Assembly (NCBI GenBank): GCA_965214405.1
Contig: OZ243956.1
Coordinates: 768,001 to 832,000, forward strand
Source: Trueperaceae bacterium
GTDB lineage: Bacteria; Deinococcota; Deinococci; Deinococcales; Trueperaceae
Direction of reading: 5' to 3'
DNA: 64,000 nucleotides
Shown here piece after piece: positions 1 through 10,763 of this stretch (positions are counted from its first letter, which is position 1; each line of letters starts with the position of its first letter). The notes under the pieces were generated by a model that was not told where the DNA came from, searched no databases, and saw only the letters and a program-made list of their open reading frames with translations. The position numbers and the translations under genes are program-made.

Positions 1-135
1 GTGCCGCTGCGCCGCGACGGGCTTTTAGAAGAGATGGGGGCCGCGGTGAGCTACCTCGCCTCACCCCACGCCGCCTACACCACGGGGGCGTTCATCCGGG
101 TGGACGGCGGGTTGGGCATCAGCAAATATAGTTAG
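1..135 (+). CDS. SDR family oxidoreductase, C-terminal part (5' end outside window)
   Basis: Frame 1 reads VPLRRDGLLEEMGAAVSYLASPHAAYTTGAFIRVDGG...*, a typical SDR C-terminus; TAG at 133-135. Confidence 0.85.
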   Translation: MPLRRDGLLEEMGAAVSYLASPHAAYTTGAFIRVDGGLGISKYS

Positions 136-143
136 GAGCCAGT

Positions 144-818
144 ATGGCAAAGACCCTAATGTTTTTTGGACCCACCGACGCTTTAAGCGACGCCGTGATG
201 AATCACTTTGCCAGGCACGACTATCTTGTGGAGAGGACGACGGGACAAGAAACCGACTTTTTGGACCCTGTGGAGTTAGGGGTCCTCCTCAACACCGTCA
301 CCCCCGACGTCGTCATGATCTACCCGAGCTGGCGGGGGCGCGGTTCGTTTTTAGAAAGTACCGGCGAGCAGTGGGAAACCGCGATAGGTCAGAACGTCGA
401 AGCCGTCACCTACCTTTTGCAAGCCTCAGCGGAGCGGCTCGGCGCGCTCGGCAAGGGGGGACGCATCATCGTGTTGAGTCACGTCGCGGCGCTCACGCCC
501 TTTAACGGCTTGAGCGTTCTCGGGACCACGCTGGCGGCGGTTAAAGCGCTCATCAAGATGCTCGCGGTAGAGCTTGCGCCTTACAGAATCACCGTTAATT
601 CCGTGGCCGCGGGACCGCTGCTCGAGGGGCTGCCCCAAACCTCACAGCAGCGCCTCAAAGACGACACGCCGCTGGGGGGAGATGCGAACGCCTCGTTTGC
701 GAGCCTCTGTTTATTTCTGGCATCGGGCGGGGCCGACCACATTACGGGTCAAACCCTGAACGTCGAGGGCGGTTTTCTGCTCACGCGCGGCTCGGGCGTT
801 TCTCCTTTTGCGCAGTAG
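144..818 (+). CDS. SDR-fold protein with degenerate NAD-binding and catalytic motifs
   Basis: SDR C-terminal motifs (ELAPYRITVNSVAAG, ITGQTLNVEGG); TGxxxGxG and YxxxK are absent; AGGAG RBS upstream. Confidence 0.75.
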   Translation: MAKTLMFFGPTDALSDAVMNHFARHDYLVERTTGQETDFLDPVELGVLLNTVTPDVVMIYPSWRGRGSFLESTGEQWETAIGQNVEAVTYLLQASAERLGALGKGGRIIVLSHVAALTPFNGLSVLGTTLAAVKALIKMLAVELAPYRITVNSVAAGPLLEGLPQTSQQRLKDDTPLGGDANASFASLCLFLASGGADHITGQTLNVEGGFLLTRGSGVSPFAQ

Positions 819-902
819 TTACGCACAGTAGAGCCAGTTCGCCAGGACGCGGTATGGTAGCTTTTACGCAACCGGGTGGGTAGTTTTGCAAAGGAGTCGT
901 TC

Positions 903-2060
903 GTGCCGACAGTCGCGGTGGTAGGTACAGGATTTATCGGCCCTGTTCATGTGGAGGCGCTCAGGCGTCTAAACATTCCTGTAAAAGGGATTCTGGGCTC
1001 GAGCCCCGACAAAAGCGAGCGGGCGGCGGCGGCTTTGGGTTTAAGCATGGGCTACGCGGCTTTTGAGGATGTTCTCGCTGACGACGAGGTGACGGTGGTC
1101 CACATCACCTCGCCCAACCGCTTCCACCTCGAGCAGGCCAAAAAAGCGCTCGAGGCCCGCAAGCACGTCGTCTGCGAAAAACCTCTGGCGATGAACGCGG
1201 ACGAGACCAAGCAGCTCGTCACCCTTGCGAGGGCGCACCCCGACCTCGTGACCGCGGTCAATTACAACGTCCGGTTCTATCCGCTGGTGCTTCACGCCCG
1301 CGACCTCATCCGGCAGGGCGTTTTGGGTGACGTCTATACGGTGACGGGGGGCTACGTGCAGGACTGGCTCTTAAAAGACACCGACTGGAACTGGCGGCTC
1401 GAGCCCGACCAGGGCGGCGCGCTGCGGGCGGTCGGCGACATCGGCACGCACTGGATGGATCTGCTCGGCTTCGTGACGGGCCAAAAAGTAACGAGCCTGC
1501 TCGCGGATTTAGAAACCTTTGTAAAACGGCGCAAAAAACCCAAAAACAGCGTCGAGACCTTTACTGGTAAAGCGTCGGGTGAAGCTGGCGAGGATGATGC
1601 TGACTATGATTGGGTTGACATCGAGACGGAAGATTTCGGCGCCGTTCTCTTTCGTTACGGGGACGGCGCGCGGGGCGTCATGAACGTTTCGCAGGTGAGC
1701 GCCGGGCGCAAAAACTGTCTAAACTTTGAAATCTCCGGCTCCAAGGCGGCTCTCGCCTGGAACAGCGAAACGCCCAACCAACTCTGGCTGGGTCACCGCG
1801 ACAAACCCAACGAAATCCTCGTCAAGGACCCCTCGCTCATGAACGCCCCCGCCTTGCCCTACACGAACTACCCCGGCGGGCACACGGAGGGTTTTCCCGA
1901 CACCTTTAAGCAGCTTTACCGCGCTATTTACACCTACATGCGAGCGAGCGACTACACCGCGCCCAAGCCGTATCCGACCTTTGAGGATGGCCACGACGAG
2001 GTTATACTTTGCGAAAAGATTTTGCAGAGTCATACCGAACGGCGCTGGGTAGATGTTTGA
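903..2060 (+). CDS. Gfo/Idh/MocA family oxidoreductase
   Basis: VVGTGFIG Rossmann motif, CEKPLA, DIGTH; AAGGAG RBS favours GTG 903 over 876. Confidence 0.92.
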   Translation: MPTVAVVGTGFIGPVHVEALRRLNIPVKGILGSSPDKSERAAAALGLSMGYAAFEDVLADDEVTVVHITSPNRFHLEQAKKALEARKHVVCEKPLAMNADETKQLVTLARAHPDLVTAVNYNVRFYPLVLHARDLIRQGVLGDVYTVTGGYVQDWLLKDTDWNWRLEPDQGGALRAVGDIGTHWMDLLGFVTGQKVTSLLADLETFVKRRKKPKNSVETFTGKASGEAGEDDADYDWVDIETEDFGAVLFRYGDGARGVMNVSQVSAGRKNCLNFEISGSKAALAWNSETPNQLWLGHRDKPNEILVKDPSLMNAPALPYTNYPGGHTEGFPDTFKQLYRAIYTYMRASDYTAPKPYPTFEDGHDEVILCEKILQSHTERRWVDV

Positions 2061-2084
2061 AACCATCATGTTGAGGAGAAACCG

Positions 2085-3002
2085 ATGAAACTAGGCTTTG
2101 TGAGCGCCATTCTGCCCGACCTAAATTTAGAAGAAGTCTTGGCTTTTGCCGCTGAGGAAGGCTTCGACTGTGTTGAAGTCATGTGCTGGCCCGTGGGCGG
2201 GGGCGACACGCGCCGCTACGCAGGCGTCACGCATATCGACGTTGACGCGCTGGACGCCGCCGCAGCCGAGCACGTAAAAGCCCTCGTCAAAAAGTACGGC
2301 GTGGACATCTCGAGCTTAGGCTACTACCCCAACCCGCTCGTCCCCGACGCCGCCGAGCGCGAGGTCTACCTTAGCCACATCAAAAAGGTCATCGCCGCCT
2401 CCGCCAAGTTGGGCGTCGGCGTCATGACCACGTTTATCGGGCGCGACCCCGCGAAGTCCGTCGAAGACAACTGGCCCCTGTTCGAGGAGGTGTGGCCGCC
2501 GCTCATCGCCTACGCGGAAGCGCAAGGCGTCAGAGTGGGTATCGAGAACTGCCCGATGCTTTTTAGCCTAGACGAGTGGCCCGGCGGCAAGAATCTGGCG
2601 ATTTCGCCCGCCGTCTGGCGCAAGATGTTTGAGGCCATCCCGAGCGAGCACTTCGGGCTTAACTTTGACCCCAGCCACCTGCTCTGGCAAGGGATTGATT
2701 ATCTTAAAGCCATGCGCGAGTTTAGTGACCGCTTTGTCCACGTCCATATCAAAGACGAGAAGGTAGATAAAGAGCTGATGTACGAACGGGGCGTCATGGG
2801 CTTGAAATGGCACGAGCCGAAAATCCCCGGTCTAGGCGATATCGACTGGGCGGAGTATTGCGAAACGCTGGCCGAGCTTGCTTATGACGGGTACACCTGC
2901 ATCGAGGTCGAGGACCGCGCTTTTGAAGAGAGCCTCGAGGGCCGCAAAAGCGCCATCCGCGAGTCCAAGCGCCATATCGACTTGGCGAGGACGAGAGGCT
3001 AG
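2085..3002 (+). CDS. Sugar phosphate isomerase/epimerase (xylose-isomerase-like TIM barrel)
   Basis: GIENCPM, NFDPSH, HVHIKD and CIEVED metal ligands. Confidence 0.9.
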   Translation: MKLGFVSAILPDLNLEEVLAFAAEEGFDCVEVMCWPVGGGDTRRYAGVTHIDVDALDAAAAEHVKALVKKYGVDISSLGYYPNPLVPDAAEREVYLSHIKKVIAASAKLGVGVMTTFIGRDPAKSVEDNWPLFEEVWPPLIAYAEAQGVRVGIENCPMLFSLDEWPGGKNLAISPAVWRKMFEAIPSEHFGLNFDPSHLLWQGIDYLKAMREFSDRFVHVHIKDEKVDKELMYERGVMGLKWHEPKIPGLGDIDWAEYCETLAELAYDGYTCIEVEDRAFEESLEGRKSAIRESKRHIDLARTRG

Positions 3003-3140
3003 CCGCAGGACTGCGGCGGAGAATCCAAAGAGTTTTTCGGGGCGGTCTCGAGTCGGTGAACCTTTCATGAACAGCGTCAGCTCTGGACATCGGATGGTCC
3101 GTACCAGTATGCTTTATAAAACAAATCAAGGGAGGAACAT

Positions 3141-4172
3141 ATGAAGTTCAGGGTTATGGGTTTATTCTTCGCACTGGTGTTGTTTGGCAGCGCCTTCGCG
3201 CAGTCCTACACCATCGGGGTGTCCAACGGCTTTATAGGCAGCGAGTGGCGCACCCAGATGCTTCAGAACATGGAGGATGTGGCCGCCGAGCTGGGTGAGC
3301 AGGGTATCGATATCGACCTTGTGGTCGAGAGCGCCAACGTCGACGTGCAGGGGCAGATTCAGCAGATTCAGAACCTGGTCAACCGCGGCGTAGACGCCAT
3401 CATCATCAACGCCAACGACCAAAACGCGCTTAATTTCGCGCTCGAGGACGCGGTCGACCAGGGCGTCGTCGTCGTCGCCGTCGACCAGGAAGTGAGCGCG
3501 AACGGCGTGTACAACGTCGCCATCGACCAAAAAGCCTGGGCCGAGGAGAGCGCCCGGTGGCTGGCCGAAGCTTTGGGCGGCGAGGGCGACATCATCCTCA
3601 TTGAGGGTTTTGTGGGGCACCCGGCCAACGAAGCCCGCATGGCGGGCGTTGCGGAAGTGCTCGCTGAATACCCCGACATCACCGTGGTCGGACGCGAGTC
3701 AGGGGGTTGGGACCAGGCGACCGCCCAGGGGGTCGCCTCCGACCTGTTCGCTTCCGTCCCCAACATCGACGCCGTTTGGACCCAAGACGGCATGGCGCAG
3801 GGCGTTTGGACGGCGGTGCGCACCGCCAACCCCGACCCGTTCCCCATCGGCACGGGCGAGGGTCACGCGGGCTACCTAAAACTTTGGGAAGAGATGGCGG
3901 CCGACCACCCCGATTTTGAGTCCTACGCGGTCTGTAACCCGCCCGGCCAGGGGGCCGATGGGCTGCGCGTCGCCGTCGAGCTGCTCGGCGGCAAAGAGGT
4001 CGACGAGAGCCAGCTTTCTGGCGCTTTCGGCAACACGCTTTACGTGCCGATTCCCTGCCGCGTGACCGCCGAAAACTTAAATGAAATGGTTGACATGTAC
4101 CAAGACCGACCCGATACTTACGTGCTGGACGGAATGATCAGCCAGGAGGATGCGGCAGCTTACATGAAGTAA
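3141..4172 (+). CDS. Sugar ABC transporter substrate-binding protein (RbsB-like)
   Basis: Signal peptide ending AFA-Q; QIQNLVNRGVDAIII periplasmic-binding motif; GGAGG RBS. Confidence 0.9.
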   Translation: MKFRVMGLFFALVLFGSAFAQSYTIGVSNGFIGSEWRTQMLQNMEDVAAELGEQGIDIDLVVESANVDVQGQIQQIQNLVNRGVDAIIINANDQNALNFALEDAVDQGVVVVAVDQEVSANGVYNVAIDQKAWAEESARWLAEALGGEGDIILIEGFVGHPANEARMAGVAEVLAEYPDITVVGRESGGWDQATAQGVASDLFASVPNIDAVWTQDGMAQGVWTAVRTANPDPFPIGTGEGHAGYLKLWEEMAADHPDFESYAVCNPPGQGADGLRVAVELLGGKEVDESQLSGAFGNTLYVPIPCRVTAENLNEMVDMYQDRPDTYVLDGMISQEDAAAYMK

Positions 4173-4183
4173 AGGCCTGACAC

Positions 4184-4218
4184 GAAAACGTGGGAGACAT
4201 GGTGTCTCCCACGTTTTC
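4184..4218. terminator. Bidirectional intrinsic terminator
   Basis: Perfect 16-bp inverted repeat GAAAACGTGGGAGACA-tgg-TGTCTCCCACGTTTTC between convergent genes. Confidence 0.85.
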
Positions 4219-4258
4219 ATGTTGAGTATGGCGTCACGCCGAAGGGTTTACACGTTTC

Positions 4259-6628
4259 TCACCGCTCCACCAGCAGGTCGGCTTGGGCTCGAGCCTTCCT
4301 TTCGACCGTCTCGACCGCGTGACTCGCCGGTTTGACCTTGAGCCGCAACTCTTTAGCCGCCTCGTTCTCGCGCTCGGCGAGCCGGAACGCCTGCGCCTTG
4401 CCCGAAAGGTACTGTTTGGGCCAGGGCTGAGGCTTGTACCCATAGTGCGCGGCGGCGTGCAGCGTGAAGTACGGGTTGGTGAGGTGAGGCCTTGCCAGCG
4501 CGACCAAGTCGCTACGTCCTTGCAACAAAATCGTGTTCACCTGGTCCGGCGTGGTGATGCTGCCGACCGACATGGTGGGGATACCGACTTCGTGGCGCAC
4601 CCTGTCGGCGAAGGGCGTCTGGTACATGCGCCCGTAAACGGGTTTTTGACCCGCGACGGTCTGCCCGGTTGAGACGTCGATGAGGTCGGCCCCGGCTTCT
4701 TTGAGCAAGCGGGCTGCGGCCACGAGGTCGTCGCCGGAAAGCCCGCCGGGAAACCAGTCGGTGGCGGAGAGGCGCACAGACATCGGTTTGTGTTCCGGCC
4801 AAGTCTCCCGGCAGGCGCGGAAGACCTCGAGCGGAAATCGCATCCGCGCTTCAATGGTGCCACCGTACTCGTCTTTGCGATGATTGGTCAAGGGCGAGAT
4901 AAAAGAGGCGAGCAGGTAGCCGTGCGCCATGTGGATTTCCAACATGTCGAAGCCCGCCTCGTCTGCGTAACGCGCTGAGCGCATGAAATCCGCCACCACC
5001 TTGTCCATGTCCTCCCGGCTCAGCTCTTTGGGCTCTTGACTCACGTCCTCCATGTAAGGCACCGACGAGGCCGAATAGACGGGCCAGTTCGCCTCGGGCA
5101 GCGGGTGGTCCATCCCTTCCCAGCCGACTTGCGTCGAGCCCTTGCGCCCCGCGTGGCCGAGCTGCATACAGAGTTTGGTCGGGGTGTGGGTATGGACAAA
5201 ATCCACAATACGCTTGAACGCGTCGCGCTGCGCCTCGTTCCAGAGCCCCGTGCAGCCCGGCGTGATGCGCGCCTCCGGTGAGGGGCAGGTCATCTCGACG
5301 AAGACCAAGCCAGCGCCGCCCACCGCGCGGCTGGTGAGGTGCTGAAAGTGCCAGTCGTTGGGCAGACCGTCTTCGGCGGAATACTGCGCCATCGGGGAGA
5401 CGACGACGCGGTTCTCCACCACCATCTCGCGCAGTTTGAAGGGCGTGAACATGGGCGGGGTGCCGTTTTTGACCTCAAAGCCCCTCGAGCGTACTTCGTC
5501 TAAAAAGTCATTCTGAACACGCGCAACAAACCGCTCATCTCGCAAAAGCAAGTTCTCATAGGTGATTTGCTTCGAGCGCGACATCACCCCAAAGGCGAAC
5601 CCCTCCGGCGACATCTCAAAGTACCGCCCCATATTCTCAAACCATTGCAGCGAGACGTTGGCGGCGTGCTGCGTTTTCTCGACCTCCTCGCGGCGGTCCT
5701 CGTCAAAGGCGGCGAGCGCGTCGGGAATTGTAGGATTGTCTCGGAGGGCGTTAAGCAGCGCCACCGCGTCCTCCATCGCCAGCTTGGTGCCCGAGCCGAT
5801 GGAGTAGTGCGCCGTCGCCTTGGCGTCGCCGAGGAGCACCAGATTATCCTTGGTCCAGCGTGCATTGTTCACCGTCGGGAACTGCCGCCACAGCGAGCGA
5901 TTGGTTAAGAGCGGGTGTCCAGCGAGTTCTTCGGCAAAAATCTTTTCAATCTCGGCGGCGTACTCGGTCTCGGTCATCTCGTCAAACTCGAGCCCGCGGT
6001 GCGTCTCGGGCGACGTCTCGATGACCCAGGTGCTCCGGTTCGGCTCGTACCCGTAGGCGTGCGCCAAGACCACGCCCGCCGGGGTTCTTTTGAAAAAATA
6101 CTTAAAGGCGTCAAGCTCACGTGTCGAGCCGAGCCAGCAAAACATGTCCTGACCCAAGCTCACCTCGGTGCCGAAGTGGTCTTTGTAAACCTCACGAATC
6201 TTGCTGTTTATGCCGTCGGCGGCAACAATTAAATCGCTGTCGGCGAAACGAGACAAACCCACGGGGTCGACCTCGTGGTTGAAGACCATCTTTACGCCGA
6301 GTTCGCGGCAGCGGTCTTGCAACAAAACGAGCAGCGACATGCGTGAGCAGCCCGCAAAGCCGTTGCCCGCGCAGCGCAGCGCGTGGCCCTTGTAATGCAC
6401 GTCCACGTCGTCCCAGTAAACGAAGTTGCGGCGGATGGCCTCGTAGGAGGGCGCGTCGTAGTCTCTAAACACACCCAAGGTCTCGTCGGAAAAGACCACG
6501 CCGAAACCAAAGGTGTCGTCGGGTCCGTTGCGTTCAAGCACGGTCACGTCGAACGCGGGCCACTCTTTCTTAGCGAGCAGCGCGAAGTAGAGCCCGCCCG
6601 GCCCGCCGCCGATGATGGTGAGTTTCAC
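4259..6628 (-). CDS. abmA: Anthraniloyl-CoA monooxygenase/reductase (bifunctional salicylyl-CoA 5-hydroxylase/oxidoreductase family)
   Basis: N-terminal flavin monooxygenase (IGGGPGGLY, TFGFGVVFSD, AHYSIGSGTKLAMEDA) fused to an OYE domain (VVSPMAQYSA, HMAHGYLL); 789 aa. Confidence 0.9.
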   Translation of the reverse strand: MKLTIIGGGPGGLYFALLAKKEWPAFDVTVLERNGPDDTFGFGVVFSDETLGVFRDYDAPSYEAIRRNFVYWDDVDVHYKGHALRCAGNGFAGCSRMSLLVLLQDRCRELGVKMVFNHEVDPVGLSRFADSDLIVAADGINSKIREVYKDHFGTEVSLGQDMFCWLGSTRELDAFKYFFKRTPAGVVLAHAYGYEPNRSTWVIETSPETHRGLEFDEMTETEYAAEIEKIFAEELAGHPLLTNRSLWRQFPTVNNARWTKDNLVLLGDAKATAHYSIGSGTKLAMEDAVALLNALRDNPTIPDALAAFDEDRREEVEKTQHAANVSLQWFENMGRYFEMSPEGFAFGVMSRSKQITYENLLLRDERFVARVQNDFLDEVRSRGFEVKNGTPPMFTPFKLREMVVENRVVVSPMAQYSAEDGLPNDWHFQHLTSRAVGGAGLVFVEMTCPSPEARITPGCTGLWNEAQRDAFKRIVDFVHTHTPTKLCMQLGHAGRKGSTQVGWEGMDHPLPEANWPVYSASSVPYMEDVSQEPKELSREDMDKVVADFMRSARYADEAGFDMLEIHMAHGYLLASFISPLTNHRKDEYGGTIEARMRFPLEVFRACRETWPEHKPMSVRLSATDWFPGGLSGDDLVAAARLLKEAGADLIDVSTGQTVAGQKPVYGRMYQTPFADRVRHEVGIPTMSVGSITTPDQVNTILLQGRSDLVALARPHLTNPYFTLHAAAHYGYKPQPWPKQYLSGKAQAFRLAERENEAAKELRLKVKPASHAVETVERKARAQADLLVER

Positions 6629-8232
6629 GGTGTCGCCTCCCGCTCCCGCAGCACAAACCGCTGCACCTTGCCCGTCTGCGTGCGGGGCAAGGCGTCAACG
6701 AACGCAATGGCTCGAGGATATTTATAAGGCGCGATGGTCGCTTTGACGTAGTCTTGAAGTTCTTTCACAAGCTCCTCGCTCGGTGTATGCCCACCGTTCA
6801 GCACGACGAACGCCTTGACGATGTGGCCGCGTGCTTCGTCCGGCACGCCGACGACGGCGCACTCGAGCACCGCCCCGTGCGTTAAAAGCGCGTCCTCGAC
6901 CTCCGGCCCGGCGATGTTGTAGCCCGACGAGACAATCATGTCGTCGGCTCGAGACTGGAACCAGAAGTAGCCGTCTTCATCCTCCAAATACGCATCTCCA
7001 GTGAGGTTCCAGCCGTCCAGCACATAATCTTGTTGTCGCGGGTCGGCTAGATAGCGGCAGCCGGTGGGGCCGCGCACGGCGAGGCGGCCGATTTCGCCCA
7101 CGACGCGCTCGCCGTCCTGATTAACGACTCTAGCCTCGTAACCCGACACGGGCCTGCCGGTCGCGCCGGGGCGGATGGCGTCGCCCGAGGCGGAGATAAA
7201 GATGTGCAGCATCTCGGTCGCGCCGATGCCGTCAATGAGCCTCAAGCCGGTCTCTTCAAGCCAGGCGTCAAAAGTCGCCTTGGGCAAGGTTTCCCCGGCG
7301 GAAACGCATTTTTTTAGGCTCGAGAGGTCGCGCCCCTCTTCCAGCATCATCCGGTAGGCGGTCGGGGAAGTGAAAAGGACGGTCGGCTTTAGGTTTTCAA
7401 CAGCCGAGGCCAAGTTAGAGGGCGAGGGGGCCTCGAGCAGATATACGCTCGCCCCCACGCGCAGCGGGAACCAGACGAGCCCGCCCGTCCCGAAGGTGAA
7501 AGCCAGCGGCGGGGAGCCGATAAACACGTCGTCGGCTTCGGGTTTGAGGATGTTCGGCGGGAAGAGGTCGCAGACTGCTAAGATGTCGCGGTGGAAGTGG
7601 ACGGTGGCTTTGGGATTGCCCGTGGTGCCGGAGGTGAAAGCGATGAGGCAGGGGTCGGCGGCGGCAGTGTCCACGGCGTCAAACGTTGGGGGCTGTTTAG
7701 CCATAAGCGCCTCGAGTTCCCCCGAGCCATAGAAGTAGAGGGTGTGCTCGAGTTCGTCACACGCTTCAAACGTGCGCATCATTTCGTCTTTCAGCCGTTC
7801 GTCGCAAAGGGCCAGGCGAATGTTCGCCTTTTCCACCATATAACCAAGCTCTTTGGCGCGTAGCAGCGGCATCGTCGCCACCACCACGCCCCCCGCCTTG
7901 AGAACCGCGAAGTAGCACGCCACCATCATGGGGTTGTTCGCTGAACGTAGCAGCACCCGCTCGCCGGGTATCAAGCCCAACTCGTGAACGAGGACGCTGG
8001 CAATTCGGTTGACTTTTTCGTGAAGGTCTCGGTAAGACCAGCTCACCGCGTCGCTGCGGATGCAGGGGCGCTCGCCCCAACCGCGCTCCAAAGCCTTGTC
8101 TACGAGTTCCACTGCAACGTTGAGCTGTTCGGGATAGCCAAGTTTGTCAAGGTTGATAAAATCCGGCCACGTTTCTTCGGGCGGTAAATTGTCACGTACG
8201 AACGTGTCCTTGTGCGCTGTGGCGCTACGCAT
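6625..8232 (-). CDS. abmG: 2-aminobenzoate-CoA ligase (AMP-binding)
   Basis: TAHKDTFVRDNLPP N-terminus, FTSGTTGNPK, DGIGATEMLHIFIS, APYKYPR; adjacent to abmA. Confidence 0.88.
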   Translation of the reverse strand: MRSATAHKDTFVRDNLPPEETWPDFINLDKLGYPEQLNVAVELVDKALERGWGERPCIRSDAVSWSYRDLHEKVNRIASVLVHELGLIPGERVLLRSANNPMMVACYFAVLKAGGVVVATMPLLRAKELGYMVEKANIRLALCDERLKDEMMRTFEACDELEHTLYFYGSGELEALMAKQPPTFDAVDTAAADPCLIAFTSGTTGNPKATVHFHRDILAVCDLFPPNILKPEADDVFIGSPPLAFTFGTGGLVWFPLRVGASVYLLEAPSPSNLASAVENLKPTVLFTSPTAYRMMLEEGRDLSSLKKCVSAGETLPKATFDAWLEETGLRLIDGIGATEMLHIFISASGDAIRPGATGRPVSGYEARVVNQDGERVVGEIGRLAVRGPTGCRYLADPRQQDYVLDGWNLTGDAYLEDEDGYFWFQSRADDMIVSSGYNIAGPEVEDALLTHGAVLECAVVGVPDEARGHIVKAFVVLNGGHTPSEELVKELQDYVKATIAPYKYPRAIAFVDALPRTQTGKVQRFVLREREATP

Positions 8233-8297
8233 AACCTATGTTACCTCCGAGCGGGAAAAAGGACTGAGAGAAAAGTGCTGAGAGGAAAGTGTGGCCT

Positions 8298-9509
8298 CTA
8301 CTTTTCTCTTTCCTCTTTCACCTCATCGCTGTATGCCTTGATTACCTGCTTGGCAATCACCTGCCCCTGCACCTCCGAAGCGCCCTCGTAAATCCGCAGG
8401 GCGCGCACCTCGCGGTACAAGCGTTCGACGGTCTCGCCCCGCCTCACGCCGCGCCCGCCGTGGAGCTGCACCGCGGCGTCCACCACGCGCTGCGCCGCCT
8501 CGGTGGCGTAGAGTTTCGCCATCGAGGCTTCTCTCGAGACGCGCTCCTGTCCGCTGTCCTTGGTCCAAGCGGCGCGGTAGACCAAGAGCGCGCTGGCGTC
8601 AATCTCGAGCGCCATCTCGGCCAGCTTGGCCTGAGTGAGTTGCATGTCGGACAAGGGCGCGCCAAAAAGCTGCCGCGTCGTCGTGTGCTTCAAGGTTTCT
8701 TGCAGCGCGCGCCGCGCGAAGCCGAGCGCCGCCGCGCCCACCGTCGAGCGGAACACGTCGAGGGTCGCCATCGCCACGTTGAAACCGCGCCCCGCCCCGC
8801 CAACCTGTTTGCACGCGGGGACGCGGCAGTTCTCAAACACGAGCCGCGCCAGGGGGTGCGGCGCGCTGGCGTCGATGCGTTCGGCCACCTTAAGCCCCGC
8901 CGCGTCCGCGTCAACGATGAACGCGCTCAGGCCTCGAGCCCCCGGCGCTTCCCCGGTCCGCGTAAAAACGAGGTAAAAGTCGGCGATGCCGCCGTTTGAA
9001 ATCCAGGTTTTTTCGCCGTTTAACACAAAACTGTCACCGTCACGCTCGGCTCGAGTCGCCAGCGCACTCACATCCGACCCGGCTTCAGGTTCGGAGAGGG
9101 CGAAGGCGGCGATTTTCTCGCCCTTCGCCACGGCGGGCAAGTAGGCCGCCCGCTGCTCCGGCGTGCCGAACAGGCTGATGGGACCGCTCCCCAGGCCCTG
9201 CATCGCAAAGGCGAAGTCCGCCAGACCGTCAAAGCGCGCCAAAGTCTCACGGCTTAAGCAGAGGGTGCGCACGTCGAGTTTACCCTCATTCGAGACGCAG
9301 GGCTCGAGCCACCCTCCCTTTCCCAACGCCCCCACCCACGCGCGAACACTGGCGTCAACATCGTCACTATGAGGAATCTCGGTAGAGGTTTTGGCGGTCC
9401 AGGGCTCGAGGCCCGCCGCGTACTCCCTATGCGCATCGGTAAAGAAGGGCCACGAGAGAAAGGTGTGGTCAACGCCCGTCATCGGGGGAGCTTTCGTCAC
9501 AGGATTCAC
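8298..9509 (-). CDS. Acyl-CoA dehydrogenase (abm-cluster type)
   Basis: [36 protein letters not shown]; start GTG 9509 or ATG 9482. Confidence 0.92.
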   Translation of the reverse strand: MNPVTKAPPMTGVDHTFLSWPFFTDAHREYAAGLEPWTAKTSTEIPHSDDVDASVRAWVGALGKGGWLEPCVSNEGKLDVRTLCLSRETLARFDGLADFAFAMQGLGSGPISLFGTPEQRAAYLPAVAKGEKIAAFALSEPEAGSDVSALATRAERDGDSFVLNGEKTWISNGGIADFYLVFTRTGEAPGARGLSAFIVDADAAGLKVAERIDASAPHPLARLVFENCRVPACKQVGGAGRGFNVAMATLDVFRSTVGAAALGFARRALQETLKHTTTRQLFGAPLSDMQLTQAKLAEMALEIDASALLVYRAAWTKDSGQERVSREASMAKLYATEAAQRVVDAAVQLHGGRGVRRGETVERLYREVRALRIYEGASEVQGQVIAKQVIKAYSDEVKEEREK

Positions 9510-9510
9510 C

Positions 9511-10350
9511 TTAATTCCCCTCAAACGCTGGCTTTTCCTTCGCCGCAAACGCCTCGAAAGCCCGCACGAAATCCTCCGTCTGCATACAAATCGCCTGCGC
9601 CTGCGCCTCGGCCTCGATGGCCTGCTCTAAGCTCATGTTCCACTCCTGGTTGAGCATCGTCTTGGTAACGCCGTGCGCGAAGGTCGGGCCTTGCAGAAGC
9701 CGCCGCACCATGTCTTGCGCTTCAGAGAGAACCGCCCCGGACTCGCACACCCGGTTGTAGAAGCCCCACCGCTCCCCCTCTTCGGCGCTCATGCTGCGGC
9801 CTGTGAAAAGCAGCTCGGCGGCGCGGCCCTGACCGATGATGCGCGGCAGAATCGCGCAGGCCCCCATGTCGCAGCCCGCCAGCCCCACCCGCACGAACAG
9901 GTAAGCGACTTTGGCTGCGGGCGTCCCGTAACGCAAATCACACGCCATCGCCACCGCCGCGCCCGCGCCGACGCAAACGCCGTCAATGGCCGCCACCACC
10001 GGCTGCGGACAGGCGCGAATCGCTTTGATGAGGTCGCCCGTCATGCGGGTAAAGGCGAGCAAGGTTTTCATGTTGCTCTTGGTCAAAGGGCCGATAATTT
10101 CAAACACGTCGCCGCCCGAACAGAAATTGCCACCCGCCCCGGTGATGACGACACCTTTAACATCGTCGCTGTACGCCAGGTTGCGAAACAGGTCGCGCAG
10201 TTCGGCGTAGGACTCGAACGTCAGCGGGTTTTTGCGTTCGGGACGGTTGAGGGTGAGCGTGGCGAGGCCGTCGTCAACCTCCCACATGAAGTGCTTGGCC
10301 TGATAGCCTGCCATGCGCATGTCTGTCAAGGTAAGGTTGTGCTCGCTCAC
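9511..10350 (-). CDS. Enoyl-CoA hydratase/isomerase family protein
   Basis: [39 protein letters not shown]. Confidence 0.92.
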   Translation of the reverse strand: MSEHNLTLTDMRMAGYQAKHFMWEVDDGLATLTLNRPERKNPLTFESYAELRDLFRNLAYSDDVKGVVITGAGGNFCSGGDVFEIIGPLTKSNMKTLLAFTRMTGDLIKAIRACPQPVVAAIDGVCVGAGAAVAMACDLRYGTPAAKVAYLFVRVGLAGCDMGACAILPRIIGQGRAAELLFTGRSMSAEEGERWGFYNRVCESGAVLSEAQDMVRRLLQGPTFAHGVTKTMLNQEWNMSLEQAIEAEAQAQAICMQTEDFVRAFEAFAAKEKPAFEGN

Positions 10351-10763
10351 GCCCCGTCCTCCGGTATCACCGCGGTAGCTTCAATCTCAACCTTGGCCCG
10401 GTCTTCCATCAGCGCGGCCACCTGCACCATCGCCATCGCCGGGTAGTGCTTGCCCATCATCTCGCGGTAGGCGTCGCCGATGGCCTTGAGTTTGGCGTGG
10501 TACTCGAGCTTATCGGTGATGTACCAAGTCATGCGCACGACGTGCTCCGGCCCCGCCCCGGCTTCGGCGAGCACGGCCACAACATTTTGGAGGACTTGCC
10601 GCGTCTGCTCGGCCATGCAGTCGCTCCTAAACTCACCCTCAGCATCCCAACCGACGAGCCCCGCCAAGAAGACGAGTCTTCCGCCCGCCGCTATCCCGTT
10701 GACGTAGCCCTTGGGCGCGGGCCAGCCCGGCGGCTGGAGTATTTGCCTCTGCTCGAGCCCCAC
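10347..10763 (-). CDS. RidA/YjgF family protein
   Basis: [41 protein letters not shown] supports GTG 10763. Confidence 0.9.
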   Translation of the reverse strand: MGLEQRQILQPPGWPAPKGYVNGIAAGGRLVFLAGLVGWDAEGEFRSDCMAEQTRQVLQNVVAVLAEAGAGPEHVVRMTWYITDKLEYHAKLKAIGDAYREMMGKHYPAMAMVQVAALMEDRAKVEIEATAVIPEDGA

